A stretch of 64,000 nucleotides of DNA, from assembly GCA_964511345.1 (NCBI GenBank), contig CAZEEV010000002.1, positions 66,770 through 130,769 on the forward strand, read 5' to 3'. The stretch's first letter is position 1. Every line of letters begins with the position of its first letter. Positions 1-7,250 of the stretch are shown in pieces. The notes under the pieces were generated by a model. That model made no database searches, was not told the DNA's origin, and saw nothing but the letters and a program-made list of their open reading frames with translations. Position numbers and translations under genes: made by a program. Source of the DNA: an uncultured Pseudomonadales bacterium (GTDB lineage Bacteria; Patescibacteriota; Microgenomatia; UBA1400; PJMF01).

Positions 1-1
1 C

Positions 2-229
2 ATCTGGGTACTCTTTAACTTCATTATGGCTGGATTTACTTATATTACAGCTAATGGTGACAGCGGTGCTTACGCCAAAATTGGAGAAAAATTAGCCCTT
101 AGCGCCACTGGTTTATTGCTCATTGTCGCTTCTTACACTATCGCCGGTATCCTCGGATTACTAATTTTTGGCGATGCGACTTACATTATTAATCCACAAA
201 TACCAACAGCAATACCAACAGGTACCTAA
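2..229 (+). CDS. T4SS pilin-like (TrbC/VirB2-like) small two-TM protein, 5'-truncated by window edge (paralog 0 of a tandem array)
   Basis: Reading frame is open from nt 2. Its C-terminal pattern (ITANGDSG...KIGEKL...TM helix) parallels the W-I-T-[AS]-G-[GS]-D-[KS]-x-K loop and second TM of the five downstream paralogs. Confidence 0.45.
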   Translation: MWVLFNFIMAGFTYITANGDSGAYAKIGEKLALSATGLLLIVASYTIAGILGLLIFGDATYIINPQIPTAIPTGT

Positions 230-231
230 TT

Positions 232-582
232 ATGGCAGACATCGGAACTATACAACCAATTACAGAAGCGAGAGCTCCAAAGACTTTGGACAATGCTGGC
301 TTTACCGATTCGCTAGAACTTTATATTAGCGACATCATTGGAGCAATTACTGTTTTAGCGGTATTATTCTTCCTTGTTTATTCCTTTTTAGCCGCTTATG
401 AATGGGTAACCGCTGGATCTGACAGTGGCAAAGTGGAAAAAGCTAAAAATAGATTTATTTGGGGAACTTTGGGACTAGTCTTAATTGTCGCTGCCTATGC
501 TATTGTTGGTTTAATTGGTAGCTTAATCGGTATTTCAGTCTTAAATCCAGGAGAATTATTTCAAAATATTATTCCTAAATAA
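232..582 (+). CDS. T4SS pilin-like (TrbC/VirB2-like) two-TM protein, paralog 1
   Basis: 116 aa. TM1 is followed by the loop 'YEWVTAGSDSGKVEKAKNR' and then TM2. This is the same architecture as its neighbours. Confidence 0.55.
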   Translation: MADIGTIQPITEARAPKTLDNAGFTDSLELYISDIIGAITVLAVLFFLVYSFLAAYEWVTAGSDSGKVEKAKNRFIWGTLGLVLIVAAYAIVGLIGSLIGISVLNPGELFQNIIPK

Positions 583-605
583 AAACAAGTGAGTCTGATC
601 AAAAT

Positions 606-1022
606 ATGAAATTAAATAAAAAAACTCTTTTAGCTAGCCTTTTATCTTTGAGTATTTTTTTCTTAATGGTATCTTCTGCTCGAGCAGCCATCTCTAATCC
701 AGTGATAGGCGATCTCGGAACTAATGAAGGCGCTGAAGATGGCAGTAAATTTATCAATTACGTTGTCTATTTATGGAAAGTAAGTATTAATCTCGGAGCT
801 TTAGCTGTAATTGCTTATTTTATTTGGGGAGCAATTGAATGGATCACTGCTGGCTCTGATAGCAAAAAAACCGAAGGCGCCAGACAAAGAATGACTAATG
901 CTATCATTGGCTTAGTAATTTTGGTTTCCTCTTTTACCCTTCTCAGTTTCATCAGTAAGATATTCTTTGGAAATAGTTTTGATTTATTAAAACTAACCTT
1001 ACCAAGTCGATTGGGTAATTAA
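606..1022 (+). CDS. T4SS pilin-like two-TM protein with cleavable signal peptide, paralog 2
   Basis: 138 aa. N-terminal signal peptide (…SSARA/AIS), then TM1, the loop 'IWGAIEWITAGSDSKKTEGARQR', and TM2. Confidence 0.6.
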   Translation: MKLNKKTLLASLLSLSIFFLMVSSARAAISNPVIGDLGTNEGAEDGSKFINYVVYLWKVSINLGALAVIAYFIWGAIEWITAGSDSKKTEGARQRMTNAIIGLVILVSSFTLLSFISKIFFGNSFDLLKLTLPSRLGN

Positions 1023-1024
1023 AT

Positions 1025-1363
1025 ATGACAAGACAACTTGCACTTACATTAGACATTGCTGGCGAAGCACAAAGCCAAGATTTGCAGGGAGCACAATTTC
1101 ACAATACCAGTGACGGCGGTTTTGGTAATTGGTTTGGCAACATTATGACCGTGGCAATGACCTTAGCTGCTATTTTAGTTTTTGGTTTTCTGATCTGGGG
1201 AGCAGTGGAGTGGATCACTTCTGGAGGAGATAAAAGTAAAGTAGAAAGTGCTAGAAATAAAATTAGCAATGCCGTTATGGGCTTGATTGTTTTGGCAGCG
1301 GTAACCGCTCTGTTTGTTGTGGTAGAAGAATTCTTAGGAATAGATGTTTTGACATTTAATTAA
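1025..1363 (+). CDS. T4SS pilin-like two-TM protein, paralog 3
   Basis: 112 aa with 'LIWGAVEWITSGGDKSKVESARNK' between two hydrophobic helices. It starts 3 nt after paralog 2. Confidence 0.6.
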   Translation: MTRQLALTLDIAGEAQSQDLQGAQFHNTSDGGFGNWFGNIMTVAMTLAAILVFGFLIWGAVEWITSGGDKSKVESARNKISNAVMGLIVLAAVTALFVVVEEFLGIDVLTFN

Positions 1364-1388
1364 AATTTAACTAAACTTGATATATAAT
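1359..1388 (+). promoter_or_regulatory. Candidate sigma70-like promoter internal to pilin array (TATAAT at 1383-1388; weak -35 TTAAAA), followed by AAGGAG RBS at 1410-1416
   Basis: TATAAT hexamer lies about 35 nt upstream of the paralog 4 ATG. A strong Shine-Dalgarno sequence sits 8 nt before the ATG. Confidence 0.3.
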
Positions 1389-1423
1389 AATTTAGAAATT
1401 TAATAAGTAAAAAGGAGCGATTT

Positions 1424-1828
1424 ATGAAATCAATTAAAAAACTTGCTTTGGCCACTGGAGCTGCCATGAGTAGCATGCTTGCTACTGCGTCAGTAGTAAT
1501 GGCAGATGTCAAAATTGATCCAATTGATACTGGCAAAGGTTATGCCACTAATTTTGGAACCATGTTTAGCTCTATTCTTAATGTAGTAATGCTTGTCGCT
1601 GCCATCTTGGTTTTTGCTTACATGATTTGGGGTGGCGTAGAGTGGATTACTTCTGGCGGAGATAAAAGTAAGGCTGAAAGTGCTAGAAACAAATTAACCG
1701 CTGCCATTATTGGTTTAGTGATTATTGCTGCTTCATATGCCGTAGTCACCTTAGTGGTTCAGTTCTTGGGCTTCAAAGATTTTAATGATGTCTTCAATAA
1801 TGTTGGAGATATTAACAACCCAAGGTAA
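1424..1828 (+). CDS. T4SS pilin-like two-TM protein with signal peptide, paralog 4
   Basis: 134 aa. Signal peptide (…VVMA/DV), then 'MIWGGVEWITSGGDKSKAESARNK', then TM2. It is followed by a strong terminator. Confidence 0.6.
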   Translation: MKSIKKLALATGAAMSSMLATASVVMADVKIDPIDTGKGYATNFGTMFSSILNVVMLVAAILVFAYMIWGGVEWITSGGDKSKAESARNKLTAAIIGLVIIAASYAVVTLVVQFLGFKDFNDVFNNVGDINNPR

Positions 1829-1845
1829 TCATCAAGAATTTAGAA

Positions 1846-1876
1846 AAACCCGCTTCTTAACCAAGCGGGTTTTTTA
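1846..1876 (+). terminator. Rho-independent terminator (aaacccgctt…aagcgggtttttt)
   Basis: GC-rich 9-10 bp stem with a 6-nt loop and a T6 run, immediately after the paralog 4 stop. Confidence 0.7.
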
Positions 1877-1925
1877 ATACTTAATTTTGCTTTAGGAAAA
1901 AATAAAGATATAATCTAAAAAAGAC

Positions 1926-2291
1926 ATGAAAATAATCCCACAAGCTTATGCTCAAACTAAAGAATGGTCAGAAATTGGCGCCGGTTGTGTCAGCGAAGAT
2001 GGCGTCGCCACGGTTCAAGGTTTTGGTTGCATGATGGCCAACGTGTTATCGGTCTTTTTAACCGTACTCGGCATTGTAGGATTTGTCATGATCATCTACG
2101 CAGCTTTCAACATGATGATTATGGGTGGTAATAGCCAAGCAACTGAGAAATCCAAAAATACCATTACCTATGCCATTATTGGGATTATTCTAGCCTTATC
2201 GTCTTTTATCATTATTAATCTAATTGCCAACTTCACTGGATTGGATGTGATTAAAAATTTCTCTATTCCTGGTTCTGGGAAGCAATGGTAA
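1926..2291 (+). CDS. Divergent T4SS pilin-like two-TM protein, paralog 5
   Basis: 121 aa with two hydrophobic helices separated by 'MGGNSQATEKSKNT'. It keeps the array architecture but its loop motif is degenerate. A TATAAT sits at 1909-1914 with TTGCTT 16 nt upstream. Confidence 0.45.
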   Translation: MKIIPQAYAQTKEWSEIGAGCVSEDGVATVQGFGCMMANVLSVFLTVLGIVGFVMIIYAAFNMMIMGGNSQATEKSKNTITYAIIGIILALSSFIIINLIANFTGLDVIKNFSIPGSGKQW

Positions 2292-2309
2292 AAACCAAGT
2301 CGGTTAAAC

Positions 2310-2987
2310 TTATTTTCCAAATCTTCTCTGTCTCTGCGCATAGTCTTCTAATGCTTTAGCAAATTCTTTTTCATTAAAATCAGGCATTAAAACATCGGTA
2401 AAATACAGCTCACTATAAACTGTTTGCCAAGTTAAAAAGCCAGATAATCGTTTTTCTCCACCGGGGCGAATTAATAAATCTGGATCAGGTAAAACAATCA
2501 TTTTTTGTGTATCCAAAAATTGCACAAAATTCTCTTTACCCGCTTGCACTGCTCTTTGGATTTCATCTCTGCCTCCATAATTAAGAGCAAAAGTCACAAT
2601 TAATTTTTGATTTTTTTTAGTTTCTTTCACCCAAAAATTAACTCCATCTTGAATATCTTTTGGAAAGCGACTCAAGTCACCGATAACAGCCACTCTCACT
2701 CCTTTTTTATGTAATTTTCCTGCACTTGTGGCAAAAGTTTCGCGAAAAAGATCCATTAATCCGCCCACTTCTTCTTGAGAACGCTGCCAATTTTCCGTAC
2801 TAAAAGCCCACAGAGTTAGATAACTAATTCCCTTAGCAATAGCAAAATCTGCTAAACGTTCAATAATTTCTTCGGCTACTTTACGATGACCCTTAATAAT
2901 CGATAGGCCATGTTGACGAGCCCAACGACGATTGCCATCCATAATAATTGCTACGTGTTGAGGAGTTAGTGATTTTATTTCTGCCAT
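2310..2987 (-). CDS. uppS: Undecaprenyl-diphosphate synthase (cis-isoprenyl transferase)
   Basis: Hallmark motif 'HVAIIMDGNRRWA' plus 'YLTLWAFSTENW…R' motifs. 225 aa. Confidence 0.85.
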   Translation of the reverse strand: MAEIKSLTPQHVAIIMDGNRRWARQHGLSIIKGHRKVAEEIIERLADFAIAKGISYLTLWAFSTENWQRSQEEVGGLMDLFRETFATSAGKLHKKGVRVAVIGDLSRFPKDIQDGVNFWVKETKKNQKLIVTFALNYGGRDEIQRAVQAGKENFVQFLDTQKMIVLPDPDLLIRPGGEKRLSGFLTWQTVYSELYFTDVLMPDFNEKEFAKALEDYAQRQRRFGK

Positions 2988-3562
2988 AAGATTAAAGATT
3001 GGTCAATTTTCTTAATAATTTCTGTGGTTCCCAAAAAAAGATTAAACCATGGAGCTAACTTCTTCTCCCCTATTTTTTTAAGTTTGAGATCATTCCAATT
3101 CTCCCAATCAATAGCACTTACTTCATCTAAATTGGGAGAGATTTCCAGATTAGCACTCGCCTTTTCATTTAAAATTGAAATAAAAAGATGATCAATTTCA
3201 TTTTCGCAGAAATCATCCTCACAAGAAACTTGATAATCAAAAACCATGAATTCTTTTACTGTTCCAATTTGGTTTAGGTCTATTCTTAATTCTTCAACTA
3301 ACCGCCGTCTGAGAGTTTGCGAATGATTCTCTCCAGGCACTACATTGGCACACAAAGTATTAGCCCACTGCATGGCTCCCACAATTTTTTGACCACTCCG
3401 TTGTTGTAATAAAAGTTCAAATTCTCCATTTTTATTTTTACGAAACAGAAATAAAGAAACAGCCTGATGTTTTTTACCATCACCTCGATGAGCATCTAGC
3501 AAATCAGTTTGACCAATTATTTTATCTTCAGAGTTAACTAAGTTCACTTGTCTCATAAACAA
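2975..3562 (-). CDS. idi: Isopentenyl-diphosphate delta-isomerase, type 1 (Nudix fold)
   Basis: Matches 'HRGDGKKHQAVSLFLF…LLQQRS…KIVGAMQW…' and Nudix-like 'RRRLVEELRIDL'. Overlaps uppS by 13 nt, giving an isoprenoid pair. Confidence 0.65.
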   Translation of the reverse strand: MFMRQVNLVNSEDKIIGQTDLLDAHRGDGKKHQAVSLFLFRKNKNGEFELLLQQRSGQKIVGAMQWANTLCANVVPGENHSQTLRRRLVEELRIDLNQIGTVKEFMVFDYQVSCEDDFCENEIDHLFISILNEKASANLEISPNLDEVSAIDWENWNDLKLKKIGEKKLAPWFNLFLGTTEIIKKIDQSLILWQK

Positions 3563-3613
3563 AAGCTATTCTACTATGAATTTCTGACGAATGTTATAAT
3601 TGCCAGACGAAAC

Positions 3614-5857
3614 ATGCTAGATAAACAATACCAATCCCAAGATCACGAAGACCAAATCTACCAATTATGGCTAGATCATGATTGCTTTAATCCAGATAGC
3701 GAAATTAATCAAAAATTAAAGGCAAAGTCGAAAAAATCTCAAGAAAGTTTTTCGATTATTATGCCACCACCTAATGCCAATGATCCTTTGCACGTTGGCC
3801 ACGCCATGTTCGTCACTCTTGAGGATATTTTAATTCGTTTTGCCCGCATGCAAGGTAAAGACACTGTTTGGGTTCCGGGCACAGATCACGCTGGCATTGA
3901 GACTCAATTTGTTTACGAAAAAAAATTAAAAAAAGAAGGCAAAAGCCGTTTTAATTTTGATCGAGAAACTCTTTTCCAAATGATTTGGGATTATGTAAGT
4001 GAAAACTCCGCGATTGCTGTTGATCAAATTAAAAAACTTGGCGCCAGCGCAGATTGGAGCCGTTATAAATTTACCCTAGATAAAGACATTGTTAAAACTG
4101 TCATCGAAACCTTCATTAAAATGAATGGGGACGGATTGGTTTATCGTACCAATCGCTTGGTAAATTTTTGTCCCAAGTGTGGCACTGCTTTTAGCAATTT
4201 GGAGGTTGACCATAAAGAACAAAATGCTTCTCTTTATTACATCCAATATGGCCCTTTTGTATTAGCGACTACCAGACCAGAAACTAAGTTTGGCGACACT
4301 GGACTAGCTGTTCATCCAACTGACAAACGCTATCAACAATACGTCGGTAAAGAAATTGAAGTTGAGGGTCTGAATGGTAAATTTAAACTCAAAGTAATTG
4401 CCGATGAATTTGTCGATAAAGACTTTGGTACTGGGGTGGTGAAAATCACTCCTTATCATGATTTTAATGATTTTGCTGCCTGGCAAAGACACAAGGATGA
4501 ATTGCCAGATCCAATTCAAATTGTCGATTTTGAAGGACGTTTAACTAAAGCAGCTGGCAAATATGCTGGCCTTAAAATAGTTGTTGCCAGAGAACAAGTA
4601 GTTAAAGATCTAGAAGAAAAAGGCTTGTTAGTAAAAGTTGACAAAAATTACCATAACAATTTGAGTGTTTGTTATCGTTGTGGCAATCCAATTGAGCCGC
4701 TTCCCCTTCCTCAGTTTTATATTAAAGTTAAAGAACTTACTCAAGCAGTTATTGAAAAAATCGACCAAGGAGAAGTTAAGGTTTATGGCGCAGGTCATGA
4801 CAAAATTTTACGTCATTGGCTAGAAACTTTGGAAGATTGGAATATTAGCCGCCAGATTGTTTGGGGTATTCGTTTGCCAATTTGGTACAAAATTGATGAA
4901 AACCTGGATGCACAGATTACTTTTATCGATCATGAGCAGCAACGCATTAGCGGAAAGCTTGGAGAACTTTTAAAAAAGTATCAAATCGAGGATATTAGAA
5001 CTGGCTTGCAAAGTATAAATACAAGTGTAAGCGCAAAATACCTAATCATCAAAGAAAATCCAGGAAGTGAATACCTTCAAGAAACTGACACTTTTGACAC
5101 TTGGTTTTCTTCCAGTCAGTGGCCTTTTGTCACATTGATGAATAATAAACCAGGTGATTTTGAAAGATTCTACCCCACCAACACCATGGAAACTGCTTAT
5201 GACATTTTAATGTTCTGGGTAATGAGAATGTTAATGATGGGTATTTATAAAACTGGAAAAACTCCCTTTAAAAACGTTTATCTGCATGGACTGATTAGAG
5301 ACACTAAAGGACAAAAAATGAGCAAGAGTAAGGGCAATGTAGTCAATCCTATGGAAATCAGTGAAAAATATGGCACTGACGCGCTCAGAATGGCTCTTTC
5401 TATTCGTTCTTCCGCCGGTTTAGACAAATCTGTTGGCGACGGCGATTTCAAAGCTGCTCGCAACTTTAGCAATAAACTCTGGAATGCCAGTCGTTTTATT
5501 TTGATTACTAGAGAAGAAAGTGAAAATCATCAAAATTCTCCTTGCGCCAATGATCAAATTTTCAAGGACAAATTAAAGCAAATCACCAAAGACATTAATA
5601 AAAATCTAAATTCTTTTCAAATTGGTGTAGCTGCTGACACACTTTATAACGAATTTTGGCATTGGTTTTGCGATCAATGCATTGAAGAATCTAAAAAGGG
5701 ATTGATAAATCAATCTTTAATGTTCGATGGTCTAGTAACATTTCTAAAATTACTCCACCCCTTTATTCCCTTTGTCACTGAAGCAATTTGGCAAGAATTG
5801 GTTAAACAAAAACTGGTAGAGGAAGCAGTTCTTGCTAGCAGTATTTGGCCAGAATAG
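3614..5857 (+). CDS. valS: Valyl-tRNA synthetase (compact form); ORF-track start at 3548 is probably too early, likely start is ATG at 3614
   Basis: Class I HIGH motif 'PPPNANDPLHVGHA', 'WVPGTDHAGIETQ', and KMSKS as 'KMSKSKGNVV'. The N-terminus 'LDKQYQSQDHEDQIYQLWLD' is typical of ValRS. Confidence 0.7.
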   Translation: MLDKQYQSQDHEDQIYQLWLDHDCFNPDSEINQKLKAKSKKSQESFSIIMPPPNANDPLHVGHAMFVTLEDILIRFARMQGKDTVWVPGTDHAGIETQFVYEKKLKKEGKSRFNFDRETLFQMIWDYVSENSAIAVDQIKKLGASADWSRYKFTLDKDIVKTVIETFIKMNGDGLVYRTNRLVNFCPKCGTAFSNLEVDHKEQNASLYYIQYGPFVLATTRPETKFGDTGLAVHPTDKRYQQYVGKEIEVEGLNGKFKLKVIADEFVDKDFGTGVVKITPYHDFNDFAAWQRHKDELPDPIQIVDFEGRLTKAAGKYAGLKIVVAREQVVKDLEEKGLLVKVDKNYHNNLSVCYRCGNPIEPLPLPQFYIKVKELTQAVIEKIDQGEVKVYGAGHDKILRHWLETLEDWNISRQIVWGIRLPIWYKIDENLDAQITFIDHEQQRISGKLGELLKKYQIEDIRTGLQSINTSVSAKYLIIKENPGSEYLQETDTFDTWFSSSQWPFVTLMNNKPGDFERFYPTNTMETAYDILMFWVMRMLMMGIYKTGKTPFKNVYLHGLIRDTKGQKMSKSKGNVVNPMEISEKYGTDALRMALSIRSSAGLDKSVGDGDFKAARNFSNKLWNASRFILITREESENHQNSPCANDQIFKDKLKQITKDINKNLNSFQIGVAADTLYNEFWHWFCDQCIEESKKGLINQSLMFDGLVTFLKLLHPFIPFVTEAIWQELVKQKLVEEAVLASSIWPE

Positions 5858-5870
5858 GTATGATTGAAAG

Positions 5871-6305
5871 GTGATAAATAAAATCACTTCAACCCTCCAA
5901 TTAGCATGTCTATGTTTTAGATTAACTTCTAATATTTTATTTTTTGGACTAAAACTTCTTTTAATTCGAGTTAAAGCACATAAAATCAACCCAGTTTTAT
6001 TTGTCATCTGCCTATTGTTGATTTGGCTTGGCAATTTATTGATTTATAACAAAAAAAGCACCCCCCAAACAGAAATCATTTTAGTTCCTGCTCTAAAACA
6101 GTCTCCAAATATTAGTTTGACAACAAAGCGTTTTTTATTAACAAAAAATAATGTGAAAAACTTATTAACAACCTACACTGAACTTGAGAAAAAAGATGTT
6201 AAAAATTTAGGTCTATATTTGAACTTAAGTCAACTTGAGAATGTGAACGGCAACGAACAGCTGGCACAAGAATATCTAGAACAAGCAAAAAACATTGCTC
6301 CATGA
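5871..6305 (+). CDS. Hypothetical small membrane-anchored protein
   Basis: ORF only, with a hydrophobic N-terminus and low-complexity Lys/Asn-rich sequence. No recognisable motif. Confidence 0.25.
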   Translation: MINKITSTLQLACLCFRLTSNILFFGLKLLLIRVKAHKINPVLFVICLLLIWLGNLLIYNKKSTPQTEIILVPALKQSPNISLTTKRFLLTKNNVKNLLTTYTELEKKDVKNLGLYLNLSQLENVNGNEQLAQEYLEQAKNIAP

Positions 6306-6332
6306 TTATCACATAATTAATTTAGTGAAATC

Positions 6333-7025
6333 TTAAGATTCTGCAACTGGTTCAGTTGATTTTTGTTCGGCTGATTTATCACCTTCACCACCCTCTTCAG
6401 CTTTCTCACCAACTAATTCTGGTTCAACTAATTCACCGCTGGTTTCTTCCTCAATTACTTCTTCAGCTTTTTCTTGAACTAAAACTAGAACAACATCTTC
6501 AGGTTTTTCTTCTTCACCCAAAACTAGAGTTATTTTGCTCTTATCAAAGACTAAAGAATCCAGAGTAATACGGTCACCAATCGCTTTTAATTGACTTTGA
6601 TCAATTTCAAAATTGGCCGGCACGTCGGTTGGCAAAGCTTCGACTTCTACACTATCTTTAGCCAAAACCAAAACTCCATTGTCAACATCAAATTCGCCCA
6701 CCAACTCGATAGAAACGTCAGCGTGAATTTTCTCAGAAAGATTAATTTTTCTAAAAACCACGTGTAAAATTTCTTTACCAAAAACGTCATATTGAACTTC
6801 GTCAATTAAAACTGGTAATTCCTTTTGTTCGCCTTCAATTTGCAAATAAAGAATAGCATTTTCATTTAAATTGCGAATTAATTTGGTAAAAATACCATTA
6901 TTCAATTCTAAAGCAATTGATTCTTTACCTGCCTGATACATATTGGCAGGAATTAAACCTTCACGGCGCAATTGATTGTTTTTTTTATTTTGTTTTTTTG
7001 CAACAAGCAACTTAGTTTTTTCCAT
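6333..7025 (-). CDS. rplY: Ribosomal protein L25 (Ctc/general-stress form) with acidic C-terminal tail
   Basis: N-terminus 'KLLVAKKQNKKNNQLRREGLIPANMY' and the L25 beta-barrel pattern, followed by a Glu-rich tail. Confidence 0.7.
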   Translation of the reverse strand: MEKTKLLVAKKQNKKNNQLRREGLIPANMYQAGKESIALELNNGIFTKLIRNLNENAILYLQIEGEQKELPVLIDEVQYDVFGKEILHVVFRKINLSEKIHADVSIELVGEFDVDNGVLVLAKDSVEVEALPTDVPANFEIDQSQLKAIGDRITLDSLVFDKSKITLVLGEEEKPEDVVLVLVQEKAEEVIEEETSGELVEPELVGEKAEEGGEGDKSAEQKSTEPVAES

Positions 7026-7250
7026 ACTTTTAGATTAAGACCTTTCCTAGTTAACAGGCAGTTATTCTATCACAGCTGAATCAGACTTAAAAGCCAAGGT
7101 AAAAATTGTCTAATTAAAATAATGATTTTGTTAACAAACTATATCAAACTAAAAAACAATTTTTTGTAAGAAAAAATATAAAAAAAGATTGATAGACAAG
7201 TTTGTTATTGCAATGAACACAAGAATCGCACGTGAAAATTTAACACAAAT

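Noticed and set aside
4304-4519. Short antisense ORFs inside large well-supported genes (e.g. 4304..4519, 5278..5472, 15198..15551, 17428..17880, 18556..18857, 23110..23451, 38254..38517, 43639..44021)
   Set aside because: They sit entirely within stronger coding frames on the opposite strand, have no motifs, and are typical shadow ORFs of AT-rich DNA.
6326-6341. Perfect 12-nt palindrome AATCTTAAGATT overlapping the rplY stop codon
   Set aside because: It is a self-complementary AT-rich sequence with no loop and no flanking T-run, so it is an unconvincing terminator. It could be a restriction-site-like palindrome by chance.
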